NCBI GenBank assembly: GCA_964016885.1
Contig: OZ024741.1
Location: 73,718,001 to 73,782,000 of the forward strand
DNA: 64,000 bases
Source of the DNA: Eledone cirrhosa
Taxonomy: Eukaryota
Direction: 5' to 3'
The position numbers and the translations under genes were made by a program. How positions within the stretch are numbered: position 1 is the stretch's first letter; every line of letters starts with the position of its first letter. This document shows, piece after piece, positions 1 through 13,264 of this stretch. The notes under the pieces were generated by a model that worked only from the letters and a program-made list of their open reading frames with translations, was not told the DNA's origin and made no database searches.

Positions 1-427
1 ACAATTGCTAATGCATCTGAGTATCGCTCTCTCGTATATTTTGGTGATCCTTGGAATGATGATGGAAGAATGACTGTCTCTTCGATTCGAGTATTTTCAG
101 TATTTGCTCCATTGGCTAAATGGTCAGCAAGTCATCATATTGTTACACTTTCAGCTTGTTTTGTTGCGTTTGTAAATAATTTAAATTGTTAACCTCACTT
201 TCTAAGTGAGAATCTACAACCTACTGTTGAAAAGGTTTTCCTTCGGGCAAATAAATAAACACACATTGGCTTTTATTATAGTTGATTAATAATCCATTGT
301 TTTAAATCTTTATGGATGGGCGAAAACGAATGCTAGACATGTTCAGTGCAATAGTAAATCCAATTCATCGGTCTCAAAAATCATGTCTAATCCGCAGGCT
401 GCACTCAGAAACAGGTGAAGAAAAGAA

Positions 428-1215
428 TCTACTATATAAATGGCAATTTCTGTCTGTGTATCTGTGTATCTGTGTATATGTGTATAACCACTTGGCGCCG
501 ACACCAGTGATCCGATCATGATGAAACTTTACACATATGTTAAGCTAATATTCAGAAACAGAACTGGCTAATTGGATTTCAATAAAAATCAATAATGGAA
601 CCCCTGCAGATATATTTACAATGGAGGAGGAAAGAGAAGACGTTTCAGTGAGAGAGTGGGAAGAGGAGATACTACTACTCTATGTTAAACCCTCCCAGCC
701 ACTACTCCCCTTCCTCCTCCCACAACTCAGTCCTCCAAAACGACGCAACAACTTATTAGAAATATACAATGCGCGTTCTTGATTGTTCTCCATTCTGTAA
801 AGAAAGTGAGAAAGGGTATGAGAGAGAGGGGGGGGTGAGAAAAGAAAAAGAGAGGGGTTGAGAAAGAAAGAAAGATAGTGAGGGCGATTGAGGGGGTGCA
901 GATAACCCCCTTTAACCGCTTCCTTGGAGTCGACTGAAGCACTGCAGTGCAATGCAACAAAACGTCATAACTTCTGGGAGTTCGCAACCGATTTTCACCA
1001 AACTTGACACATGGACTACATATGTTCTACAGATGAATTTGAACACTCAGAATTGGCACATATTGAGTAGGGGACCCCTGAGTGCAGGAACTCCCTTTTG
1101 GAAAAAGCCGATGATTTTGTAGAGGTATAGTTTTCGAAGCAGCACTGAGGTATTGACATGAATGCTACACATGACTGCTATTTAATACCCAAGCAATGCG
1201 GGGCACCTCTGCTAG
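428..1215 (+). mobile_element. Non-autonomous Helitron
   Basis: Starts A|TCTACTATATAAA (428) and ends with an imperfect GC hairpin (cccaagcaatgcgggg) followed by CTAG|T (1212-1216). The A|T target with no TSD fits established Helitron termini. Confidence 0.75.
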
Positions 1216-1239
1216 TTCTCTACATAAGAAACTTTAGCT

Positions 1240-2210
1240 TTCTCGCCTCTCATACCGATTGAGTAAACGTCACTAATAATGGATTACTGTTCCTGAACTA
1301 CTTATAGTATTTGGTGTCATTAAACGGTTACTCGGATAGCTGTGACATGATCACGGCTTGAAATACTCACAGCGATACTTACGTATGTCTATTATACATA
1401 AACATATTGTATATGCTTCCATATAAGCTTCTAATCTGGGTTATGTCATGTTAGTGCTACGGCTAATTAATAATAGCCCGACAAGATCGCACTGTATGAA
1501 AATAAGCATTCTGATAAAAGTATTGCCTGTAAAATTCTATATATAAGATTACCGAAATAGCTACTGTATGTAGAGTTGAGCAAAGACAAGCGCTCTGTCG
1601 TTGAACAGACAATTTTAAAGACAATTTCAAAGACAATTTTAAAGTGTCCCTCAAAAACCTCAACATCAATCTCAGTAACTGAAAATTACTTGCTCTGGAT
1701 CACCCAAGCAAAATCTTTGAGGGGGCATGTGCAGAAGAAAACAGACGCATTGCAGAGGCTCAGAGAAAACGCTCCGCGCATAAGGGAGGAGTCACATCCA
1801 CCTCCACTCCAACACCTACCCACATGTGAGTGTTGATTACGGTTCTGGATTGGGCTTATCAGCCACCTTCGGACCCACAACTATAGATCGTCTACCCAAC
1901 ATCAAAGTCGTGATAATTTTCGATTCCGAAGGCTAACAACAACATATATAAGTATCTTCGTTGCCTCAGGACTCAATGTGTAAACGTCACAGATGATGGA
2001 TAAATGACTCTGAAGTACTATAGTATGTGGCTTTTTCACACGGTTACTGCGGTAGCTTTGACATGATCACATCTTAAAATACACAGAGCGAAACGTATAT
2101 GTGTTTATTATATATTATACATTATATATAATATATAATAAACACACACATATATATATATAATGTATAATAAACACATATACGTTTCGCTCTGCGTATT
2201 TTAAGATGTA
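1240..2210. repeat. Two diverged copies of a short interspersed repeat (~1240-1400, ~1955-2112) plus an inverted copy of its end (~2165-2208) across a TA tract
   Basis: Shared blocks gtaaacgtcac, tatagtat, acggttact..gg.tagct.tgacatgatcac, aaatac. The stretch catcttaaaatacacagagcgaaacgtatatgtgtttattata is inverted on the other side of the TA run. Confidence 0.55.
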
Positions 2211-2499
2211 TATACGTATATAATATATAGAGAGTGTGCCATAAAAAGCAAGGTCACAATACTAACGCTCCCTGTATATTTTTCCATTATAAATGCCCCA
2301 ATTGGTAAAATAAAACATATTTTGTATAAAATAAATTATTTCGAGCCTTGCCTATATCATGGTGATTATAGTGGAAAGTGTGATTATGTTGCATGAAATC
2401 ATGAAAATGTGAAACCAAATATGACCATGCAATAATTGTTTATTTTATTAATCCATTATATTTAGTAAACCAGCTTTGAATACAAAGGCGTAGAAGGAA

Positions 2500-5400
2500 G
2501 AAACAAGTTCAGTTAAGTTATCTCCAGTCATATTCTTTTCAGAGTTTCTTTTTTGAAATCCGGGACCTTGCGACGATGAGCTTCGACTACCTGAAGAACA
2601 CACTGCTTCTCCTCCTCATTCTTGGTGATGGCAACAAAATCAGTTATCAACTTGATCCGCCAGATCGTTGACTACACTGATATTGTGAACAACAGCACAG
2701 GCATTTTGATATGAGGCTTGTGATGACCAAGTTGCAGGTGACAGCTCAAGCCAAGTATCGTTGAGACCAAGGAGATCGAACAGAAGCCTTGATTTCTTCC
2801 CAACTAGATGAGGCAGCTTCGTGGACGACTTCAACTCGGGAAATACTGGAGCACCACGGTCGAGAAGCCCAGACGTTTTCGTTTTGACAAGACGTTGGGC
2901 TATTTGTTTCTTCTCAGACTCTTGGACCCGACTTGAAAACAGCGCTAGTGGAATGGCTTCTTCCGTCAGGTACAAAAGATGCCTGCTCAGAGCAGTAGTG
3001 GCTGCCTGCGAGAGATCTCTGTCAACCTTACTGTACTGTGTCAACTCCACGTAGAATTGAAGGTCATTGGATGGTGCATCAGCACACTTGGCTGCTGTCA
3101 GCCAGTATCGCACGTAGAACAGAGCATTGAACATACAGATCCGGCGCAACTTTTCCATTTTAGCTTGATCGTAATTGAGTCACTTACCAAATGCATACAT
3201 CTTTGCACTATAGATGATTGTGGACATCCACCGAGCGTTATGTTGTGCACCAGGCAGCATCCAATGAATTCCACGAGGAGGGGTGACACCAAGCAAGATC
3301 AACATCAACTCGGCACATTCTCGGTAGTCGTCCTGTGGAAGAGAACTCATTTTCCCATCGTCGGATGTCAGCAAATCTTGGAGAAACTTGATGTTCTCAG
3401 AACACAGACTCTTGAGTCTCCGGTCGACAATGTTCAATGTTTTAAAGTTGGTCTTGTCCGTGAGTGACACCCAATCATTTTTTAACTCCTTGAGCTCTGG
3501 TGTCTGGACTGGACATTCCTCCGAATAATTGTTGCCACACTGCACACAAGATACGCTCTATGACATGGTGCCGACAAGCAAAATAAAACACCTTTTTGTT
3601 GAGTATCTCTTCTAGTTTCACGCAGGCACCATTTTTCCATCCAGAATTCGAAGCAGTTGTGTCGAAGACCAAGCCCACCACAGACCCATCAACATTCCAA
3701 TCTTTAACAAGATCAAATGATGCTTTGGCTTGGGTGGTTCCAGTGCCATCAGGAATTATGGGAACACCGAGGAGTTTACCTTCTCTGAAGTCCGGAGTTC
3801 CAGCAACTAGCACACCTAGCCTCTCGTGGTCACCAGGAATTATTTTGCCATCCCAATGCAAGGTAACAAAGTCTGGTACAGCAAATTATTCCTTTATGTG
3901 TTCAGCCCCCACAGTTCTGATCTTCTTAGCTGCACGTCTGCTATTATTCTTGGAGAGATTTGTGGCGTCTATGTCAGTCCCAGCCTCAGAAATAATCGAT
4001 GCCATAAATGCTGTTCTCTGGGCCAGTGTCAGGTTTAAATAATCAGCCATTAGAGAAATTTTTGGACTTTGAAATGGATTCTTTGGGAGTTCCAGCTGGA
4101 TTTTTCGTTTCTTGTCTGACTTTGAGCTGTCTCTAGGTGGGTTTGAGGCCTGAAATTCAGGATCCTGTTCATCTTGAGTTTCATCATTGGTTGAACTTGA
4201 ATCACTCAGTTCATTACGTGGGAGTTGTGCTGCTACAGATCCTGACAAACGCTTTCTATGGTTCTCTGACTCTCGACGAGCCATAGAAACCTGATCACGC
4301 TTAAACTTTGAAGATACCTTTTTCTGGTAACCCTTGTCTTCAGCACCCAGAGATACTTTTTTCTGGCAAGGCAGGGCTTCGAGAAATGTAGCATCTTCCA
4401 TTTTCTGTTCATTATTACGAAGACGGTCTTTCAAAATTTTCTTTTCAGCATCAGTATGTGCAATGTAGAAATACGAATCCAATTCAGAAATAAATAGCGC
4501 TTCTTTTTCTTTGTTTGACTTAGAACCTTTGTTTTTTTTTGTAAATTTCTGTATTCACTATACATCTATATATTAATTTCAACAATGTCAGTATTCCGTG
4601 TGTCATAATTCTCGATTATCATTGGTTCATAGGTTTCAAACAACTCCGCCCACCTCAATGACGCCAAACTTAAATTAATATGCATAATGCCAATGAGGGA
4701 GTGAGAGAGGAGAGTAAGAAACAGAGAGGCAAAGTGAACGATGTAACTATTTCCATGTGTGCGTGTGTATGTACGTGCGTGTGTATGTACGTGCGCGTAT
4801 GTTTATGTGTGCGTGCCTGCAGCGTTCCACAGAAAGTAAAAACTATCAACATGTGTGAATTGTGCGTGTGTGTAAGTGCACGGGTGCGTGTGTAAGTTTG
4901 GGTGCGTGTGCGCGTTTCCATGCGTGTATGTGTGTGTACGTGGGGTGTTCCACAATCGCCACGCAGTTTATCTGTCTGTGTGCCTGTCTGTCAGTCTAAC
5001 ATACACAGAGTTGTGAAGGGAGTAAATAGGGACCTTTTTTTACATTGACAGACATCTTTTATATTTATTATTGTGTCATTTTTTGACAATTGCTCGAAAT
5101 GAATACTGATAATAAAAGCAATTCGACTTTATCAAACACTGAACTACAGCAGCGACAGCGTGCAGCCAGGAATGAAGAAAAACGGGCCGAACAGCGCTAT
5201 CGGAACGCCGAACTTCAGAGGCGAAGACGTGCCGCCATGAATGAAGAGGAGCTGGCTGAACAACGCCAACGAAACACTGGAGCCAAGCAGCGACGATGGT
5301 TGAAGACGAACTGGCTGGGCATCATCTTTTACATTAATTATCTATATCTATATCTATATATAATATAAAAGATTGGAACTTCCATCATCCTTTTGAGAAA

Positions 5401-5981
5401 CGTGGAACAATCACGTCTATGCAATGATACACGTTTTACAGTAAGGCATAATATGAACCATCTCCTAGAGGTCACTATTCTAGGTGGGAGCACCTAGAAT
5501 TGTTCATATACTATGCACAAACGGTACAACGAAGAATCTGATATATCTGGAAGATTTTTTTTTACTGTTTTCTGTATCACACAGACACCACGGACTCGCC
5601 TCATACTGTAACCAGACAAACATCCAATACAGTCATTTTCTCTTTTACCTGTCTTCTCTTATCATCTGTTTACCCGGGCGAAGCTGGGTACGTCAGCTAG
5701 TGTTCATAATTTTCAGTTTGACTTTGTCTTTTCGCCACACCAGCTTTTTCCCACTGACTAACTACTTCTATCACAAGCCTATCCGCAATAGCCCCATTGA
5801 AGCTCACATGCTTTTCGTGTTTCATAGAACCATCTTTCAGGTAGAAGAAATATCTTAGAACATCCCCCTTTGTTGGTATTTTGTTTGGTGAAAAGGATGT
5901 AACATATTGCCCCAGTACCCATATTTCTCGATCATCACAACGGAGTGAGTAGCTACAACTAGGCCCACTGGTTTCCGCCAT
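2500..5981 (-). pseudogene. DDE transposase pseudogene (hATm-like), split by a Helitron, stops and frameshifts
   Basis: ORF pieces 5697-5981, 3886-4482, 3475-3861, 3180-3545 and 2640-3158 carry HWDGK, FDTTASNSG..GAC, ACRHH (CxxH), PGAQHNARWM and VVNDLA, in the order expected for this transposase family. Confidence 0.85.
4565..5700 (+). mobile_element. Internally deleted Helitron nested in the transposase
   Basis: A|TCTATATATT start; cccgggcgaagctggg hairpin then CTAG|T end. Removing it rejoins the transposase (KIMNMYSEYRNL). Internal remnants: R/E/Q-rich N-terminal-like ORF (5090-5368) and Pif1 C-terminal-like peptides (TRFTVRHNMNHLLEVTIL; GAPRIVHILCTNGTTKNLIY). Confidence 0.88.
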
Positions 5982-6407
5982 TATTCAGCCAATTTGCAAC
6001 TATTAGGCAAGGCTTAAATTAGTCTGAAATAATCAAAATTAAATTATAAATTGATAATATACAAAATGGCATTAGAAATGCATAGGGAGCTAAGAAAAAT
6101 GCATAGGGAGCTAAAAACACTTTTGTGTAAAATGTGGGATTCTGGACCACCCTAATATATATATATTAAAATAATATTAAGATATATATATATAAATTTT
6201 ATATATATATATATAAATTTTAAGATATATATATTCATTTCCAGCTCTGTGCACCTAACCTCTACATGAACCCAACCACCTAGCTGCCTTCCACTGCATA
6301 TTGCACATTGAGCACGTACCTTTATGCTTTGGCTTCTAACTAATTCACCAATCTCTCTTCTCCTCTCCTATCTCCATCTCTCTCTTTAATATTGGTTACT
6401 CTTGAAC

Positions 6408-6974
6408 TGTAACCCATGTGCAACCACGCAGTATTCTTCTTTCTTCTCATGTTTTATATATATATTTACCTCGGCTGCGTTTGTCTGTTTCTCTCTTACT
6501 GCTTCCCCGTTCTCTCTGTTGCTCTCATCTTCTTTCGCCCCCTCTATCAGTTACACTTTCTCTCGACTGACCTCTTCCTCGCACTTCCACTCACTCACTC
6601 TTTGTTTCTCCCCTTCTCACTTCCTCCCGTTTGGCTTGTAGTGGGTTCTCTTCTTGCTCAAATCTCACTCACGTCGGACGGTCTGTATCACGATCGCTCA
6701 TGAAATCCACCCAGCTTATGCTGACCGGATAACCATGTTGCTTGTTTATTCCTATCTTTGCGTTGCTTTCATCCTTCTATGTTGTTTACTTGTCTCACTC
6801 GCTTTACGCGATTTACTTGTCCCAATAGCTTTATTTAGCTATTGCTCGCACCAACCTGAGGTATATGATTTTTAATGCGATGAAATATCAATGATGGTTG
6901 GCAAATCACTGACGAAGGACTATTTTTATCATATGTAACCCATGTGCAACCACGCAATATTCTTCTTTCTTCTC

Positions 6975-6982
<8 letters not shown>
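6408..6982 (+). repeat. TA-adjacent interspersed repeat family A (probable PLE terminal fragment); copies also at ~30825-30920 and ~51838-52137
   Basis: Near-identical end tgtaacccatgtgcaaccacgcagtattcttctttcttctcatgtttta abuts (TA)n in each copy; contains CTGAYGA. 6665-6982 aligns with 51838-52137. Confidence 0.7.
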
Positions 6983-7028
<46 letters not shown>

Positions 7029-7096
7029 TAACAGATTAATGTTTAAGCAAAGAATCACTGCTTTCACTCTTAACGGGATCTTCTTCAAATTTATTA

Positions 7097-7138
<42 letters not shown>

Positions 7139-7414
7139 AAAAAGAGATGAAATCGAAAATGCAACTGGAGTATATATATATATATACTTTTGCTCATAGT
7201 TTCGTACTTACAAGCACACACACACACTTTTACTTACATATACACACATATCCTCTTAGCTTCGTACGGACGTATAATGATACACGCGCGCGCGCACAAG
7301 TATACCTCTTTATACAAAACGATTTTTTTCCATTTCAGGCAGACCCGCGCCATCATCCACTTTTCTAAAAAATAAATCATACACAAAATGCCAGCATCAA
7401 CAGTTTTCCAAGAG

Positions 7415-7630
7415 ATATCAACATGATTGGACCTGTTATTTTTCCCTAAAAACATTTTTCCAAATTCCACCCCGCCCGTCCCTTTAATCTTTCTAATTTC
7501 TCCTTCTTTTTTCTGATGAAGGATTAAAGTCCGAAGCGTTAAGACCCTCTTCCTGCTATTTCAAGCGTTAACCTAATATAGTCCTTCCATATACTGTACC
7601 TATTGTGTTGTTATTTTTGTTTACCTTTTA
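7415..7630 (+). repeat. Interspersed repeat family B with minimal hammerhead motif; second copy ~21427-21640
   Basis: CTGATGA-AGGA(ttaaag)TCC-GAAGCGTTA at 7513-7541. The copy at 21523-21551 reads CTAATGA..TCC-GAAACGTTA, so each copy has a different core mutation and the consensus core is canonical. Confidence 0.7.
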
Positions 7631-7650
7631 CACACACGCATATATATATA

Positions 7651-7800
7651 TAACAAAGAAAGTGTGGTAAGGAACCAGGTGGACCATAACGCACCAGAGT
7701 ACTCGATACTTAGGGTAGTAGAGTGGGTAGAGTGGGTAATAGGAAAAGAGTTAGGACCCCGACGGCTGAGCTCTGGCCGTTTCGACAGATAAATCCGAAC
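7651..7800 (-). repeat. Family C terminal fragment (HHR 3' half), homologous to 9970-10105
   Basis: Shared tgtggtaaggaaccaggtggaccataacgcacca...gacggctgagctc..gccgtttcgac; the minus strand reads GAAAC-GGC..GCC-GTC. Confidence 0.65.
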
Positions 7801-8945
7801 TAGTTATACTTATACATCGAGTGCTCTGACTGGTGTACCAATACTAACGTGAAGTGTACAGTTAAACACGATGTATGAATATATATATATATATATATAT
7901 ATATGAGGGAGGGGGAAGTAAAAGCGAAAAAGCACAGTGCTATATATTTAAAAATGATTTTCTTTAATCCGACAGAATGAATAATTTTATAATTGTTACA
8001 TTAAGTGGATTGAAATGTTGTCAAATATTACTGGTTTGGATTGGCATCTCAATCTTATCAAATACAAAAAAAAGTTTGTTCTCATATCCCCCCCCCACCC
8101 CGCCACACACACGTGTATATTTTTATATATACACCCTCACACTATACACACACTCCCTAAAACCATATTCCAATAATAGAATTTCTTTTACAGCCCTACT
8201 GTTGCCATAGAATTTGTCTCTAGCTTACAACATCCCTTCCCACCCCCATTTGAACTCTTGACCAGTCAATTAACACAATCGAGATATATACACACATATT
8301 TACAGACTATTACCTTTGGCCCCCCCCCCCCAAAATAATGTTGTCCTTTGAAGAAACACACCTATCACCACTGCTGCTGTTACTACCACGACTATACCTC
8401 TCTCTATATACACAAGAGCTCATTGTCCAGTCTCCTTCTCAGCAAGGAAGATGAAAAAAAACTTACCTCTTAATTTTAAATTTTAAATTTTTAGTTTTTA
8501 ATTGTAATACTCAACATTTGATAAGATGTATTTTACTGATACATCGAAACCGGTTATAATTTATATACTTTATATACATTATATAACACTTTTTTTATAT
8601 ACACACTTGTATATACACAAATATCTACACACATGGAACACATTAACAAACATACACGGAATACATGCTTGCATACATACATGCATGCATACACAAATAT
8701 ATACACACTTTTGTTAGAATGCTATTGAAGTATGTATACATTTTTGAGGGACACGCTGTATATATATATATATTTCTAGAGAGAGAGGGAGAGAGAGAAG
8801 GGGGGTGAGAATGGAGAGAGAGAGAAAATAGGCATTTATACTAACAAAATATACACATACAAGTGCAATCTTTATTCATGAACATGGTATAATTAAACGT
8901 ATCAAATTATATATGTGTGTTTATATATAACTATACAGTATATGT

Positions 8946-8993
<48 letters not shown>

Positions 8994-9457
8994 GTTTATC
9001 TATATATGTATATATGTGTAGATATATATGTGTGTGTCTGTCTGTGTGCAAATATATACATGTGTGTACGGGGCGTATATTTATATCTATTTACTATTAA
9101 CCTGTTAATGAACAAAAAGAGCAAAAAGGTATTTTATGAAAGCAATCATGGTGAGAATGGTTTGGCGCAATGTTATTCCGTGTTGACACGATGTATTGCG
9201 TGTCGCCAGCCAGACATATGATGTTGGTGATGGCTTTCGTTAATGGTGTACTGTGAATGGAGCTGGTGATCGTCATGGCGGTGGTAGTTGTCGTGATAGT
9301 AAAGGCGATTGCAGCGGCGATGTTAGAGGTGGTAGTGGCGGTGTTGGTGGTGATGGTGATGGTGGTGGTGATGTTAGTAGTGATGGCAATAGCGATGCAA
9401 GCGAGGATGATAATGATTAGATTGCTGCTGCCTGGTTGTGTTTGGTGATGGTGCTGC

Positions 9458-9494
<37 letters not shown>

Positions 9495-9497
<3 letters not shown>

Positions 9498-9789
9498 AAA
9501 GGATAACAAGGACGATAGGTTACTCCTGCATTAAATTTATTGGTAGGTGACGCGCGTTTCGCCACTGATCAGCTCAAAGTTCGATCTGTATCGATCTTAC
9601 CTACTCTATAATCGGCAGCTCGACGGACCCTTTAAAATACTAGCATTTTAAAGGGTCCGTCGAGCTGCCGATTATAGAGTCGGGTAAGATCGATACAGAT
9701 CGAACTTTGAGCTGATCAGTGGCGAAACGCGCGTCACCTACCAATAAATGTAATGCAGAAGTAACCAATCGTCCTTGTTATCCTTTCAA
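9495..9789. repeat. ~295-bp near-perfect palindrome flanked by (TA)n
   Basis: Arms are reverse complements around ~9640; the right arm contains GAAAC-GCGC-GTC (9724-9735). Confidence 0.92.
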
Positions 9790-9896
9790 TATATACACTC
9801 CTGTATAGCTCTACACCTCAACACAGAAGTGAACCTAAACATCGAGTGCTCACCCGGGTGAACCTGCAGTAACTCCAAGTTACACTCCCTAGATAT

Positions 9897-9969
<73 letters not shown>

Positions 9970-9972
<3 letters not shown>

Positions 9973-10163
9973 CGAAGGAAATGTGGTAAGGAACCAGGTG
10001 GACCATAACGCACCAAAGTACTCAATACTTAGGGTAGTAGAGAGGGTAATAGGAACAAGTAAGACCCAGACGGCTGAGCTCAAGCCGTTTCGACGGCTAA
10101 TTCTGTCCAGAATTAGCCGTCGAAACGGCTTGAGCTTAGCCGTCGGGGTCTTACTTGTTCCTA
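9970..10163. repeat. Family C element with ~120-bp foldback (10045-10163) between TA tracts
   Basis: ataggaacaagtaagaccc..gacggctaattctg / cagaattagccgtc..gggtcttacttgttcctat are reverse complements centred at ~10105. Confidence 0.88.
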
Positions 10164-10188
10164 TATATATATATATATATATATATAT

Positions 10189-10732
10189 AATCAAAGATTA
10201 ATATGGTTCATTGATTACTCAATAAATATAGTTTTACAATAGATTAAAAGCACTCTACAGTGAAGTTTTCTGGAGTTATTAATATTATTCAGAATATTAA
10301 TAAATGAAGACATTCACATAATCAAAATATATGTTTTATTATATACATTTCGAAGGTACTGTGCTGTTTTTTCAGTACGTTCTCATCAGATGAAATACAT
10401 GAATTGATGTATGACATACCTTAACGGTCTTGATGGTTTAATTCCAGTATTGGTCAATACTGGAATTGCCAATACTGGAATTGAACCATCAAGACCGTTG
10501 AGGTATGTCATACATCAATTCATGTATCTTATCTGATGCGGACGTACTGAAAAAAACAGCACAGTACCTTCGAAATGTATATAATAAAACATATATTTTG
10601 ATTATGTGAATGTCTTCATTTATTAATATTCTGAATAATATTAATAACTCCAGAAAACTTCATTGTAGAGTGCTTTTAATCTATTGTAAAACTATATTTA
10701 TTGAGTAATCAATGAACCATATTAATCTTTGG

Positions 10733-10734
<2 letters not shown>
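10189..10734. repeat. ~545-bp palindrome between (TA)n tracts with an HHR motif in each arm
   Basis: Arms are reverse complements, with a small duplication at the centre (~10440-10483). The left arm on the minus strand reads CTGATGA-gaacgtactg..cagtaccttc-GAAA-tgtata-TA. Confidence 0.9.
10335..10397 (-). ncRNA. Putative type-I hammerhead ribozyme (mirror copy 10529-10588 + has CTGATGC)
   Basis: Core boxes CTGATGA and GAAA, stem II gtactg/cagtac, self-complementary TA-rich stem III, weak AT stem I. Confidence 0.6.
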
Positions 10735-10775
<41 letters not shown>

Positions 10776-10816
10776 AATATATATTTACATATATATACTG
10801 TATATACTGTATATTT

Positions 10817-10851
<35 letters not shown>

Positions 10852-10928
10852 AATATATATATATGTATATATATCCTCCTAACCTATCATTGGTCAACGT
10901 AAGAAATTATATGTATATATTAATGTGC

Positions 10929-10974
<46 letters not shown>

Positions 10975-10978
<4 letters not shown>

Positions 10979-11286
10979 GCATGAATCCGTGTATGCATGC
11001 ATGTATGTATGTATGCAAGCATGTATTCATGTATGTTTGTAAATGTGTATGTATGTATGTATGTATGTATGTATGTATGTATGTATGTATGTATGTGTGT
11101 GTGTATGTATGTATGCATGTATGTAAGTGTGTATGTATGCATTTATGTATGTATGTATGTGTGCGTGTGTAGTGAGTCAAGTTAATTCGCCATCAAATTG
11201 GATTATTATCTTTCTTGGATGGTTTGTTACGGGTTAAATCTGTGTCTCCTGGGATGAAATGGCATATTTTTCTAGTTCTGTGTAAT

Positions 11287-11375
<89 letters not shown>

Positions 11376-12826
11376 CATTGTGTACTAAGCAGCCGATGTA
11401 TACGATAAATCTATATCTGTCCTTATAGATTAGAGATGTAACCTAGTTTGTGTAAATATGGATATAAATATACTCATTGAATATATAGAGACGTATACAT
11501 ATAAAATTTAGTATGTTTCTGTTATATGATGGATATCCTTAATCGATTTTTAACCGTTGTTGTCATGAAAGAATCCCTATAATTTCTTTCAATGAGTATA
11601 GGACAGCTTGGACGAATGAGATATTCTTAATTGTTTTGTGAGTGTCCAGCGATAAATGTAATTCCAGAAATGGTGACATAGTCTATATGCGTTGTTCTTG
11701 AGATGATACCCTCATATACAGCTAAATAGAGGTAAAACGGTGATCTAAAATTGGAATATACATACATATATACATATATACATACATACATGCATACATG
11801 CATACATACATGCATACATTTATGTCTGCATACATATATACATACATACGTACATATAAACATACCTAAATACATAGATACATACATTTATGCATGCATA
11901 CATGCATACCTGCAAGCATGTCTACATGCATACATGCATACATACATACATACATACATACATACATACATACATACATACATACATACATACATACATA
12001 CATACATACATACATGATGGCTGCCCCCTCGTTATCGAGAATGGACATAGCACGATATAACATTATTAATAATTATTAATTAATGATATCGTGCAATACC
12101 TGAGCGTGCGGAAAGATTGTGCACTGAGCCAATCCCACTCTCTGAGCGACAGTAGCTCTAACCCGAAAAGAAGAAAAGATCAACATCATCGGTAACTACT
12201 GAGCCGTAGGTTTTATGTCGGAGTCATCACAGTTTCTAGAAGAAGGCGACATACATACATACATACATACATACATGCATACATACATACATACATACAT
12301 ACATACATACATACATACATACATACATACATACATGGTGGCTGCCAACACGTTTTAGAGTACGGCCACTACTTTATATCCATGTAGGAGAACCCCTACT
12401 GATGCGCTGAACGTGTGTGACTTTTTAGTCCAGCCAGGGACTTGAAAACTCTGGTACAAACACTACACTTGTGACAATTATTGACACATAGTGCTGGGCC
12501 CATGGTACCATGTGACAACAAGTGCAGAGAGATCTCCAGATATAAAGCAATGCCTGTGCGTTGAAGCTTTTATAGTGAGCAAAAGCACTGCACAAAGCCA
12601 GTCCCACTCTCTTGACCAAGATGATATTTACCAAAAAGAAGAACAAGTCAACATCATTGGATACCATCAGGGTTTCAGGTGTTATATCAGAGTTTTCCTT
12701 CTCCTAGAATTATGCCTTGACAAAGGCTAAGGGGTCATCTCTCAATACATACATACATACATACATACATACATACATACATACATACATACATACATAC
12801 ATACATACATACATACATACATACAT
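10975..12826. repeat. (TATG)n/(CATA)n and (TA)n microsatellite field with interspersed short elements
   Basis: Direct reading of the sequence; explains the HTYI/MYVC ORFs. Confidence 0.9.
12015..12250 (-). mobile_element. Short retro-derived element (possible RTE-tail SINE); related copies ~12335-12745 (partial) and ~51137-51470
   Basis: gatggctgccccctcgttatcgag...gcactgagccaatcccactctctgag.gacagtagct...aaaagaagaaaagatcaacatcat is shared with 51137-51350. One end abuts (CATA)n. Orientation is inferred from resemblance to RTE 3' tails. Confidence 0.55.
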
Positions 12827-13264
12827 AATGGCGACCCTTGTGAGAAGTGTCCGATAATCGGACGTGTGTAATTACGGCTTACATGAAGGCAACATACCAT
12901 ATATTGGAAAAAGTTGAGCTACATTACGCGGTAAGATTACATACAATAATTCTACATAAGTGTTTGAACTGTAAGTGTGTTGTAAAACACCTATTTATAT
13001 GAATGATACATAAACTTTAACATATAAATACAGCGTTGTTATATTATATTACATTCATAAAGAAATATACTAAGTAACGGTTCTTTTTGTTCTCGATTCA
13101 AACGATTCAAGAACAACGTTTAAAACACAGTTGTAGAATTAAAAACTAACTGAAAAGAAATATTACCCAAGCTGTGAATAACTTTAAATTTGATTCTGAC
13201 AGAACTTTGTCGAAACTTTTAAAGAAGATCATCGACTATTTTGAAAAATAAATACGAAATATTA

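Larger units (their letters stand above)
2228..6154 (-). mobile_element. hAT-superfamily (hATm-like) DNA transposon, decayed
   Basis: Minus-strand transposase fragments; short imperfect termini TAG(AG)AGTG / TAGGGTG in TA-rich flanks; subterminal duplicate aaatgcatagggagctaa (~6076-6113). Confidence 0.7.
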
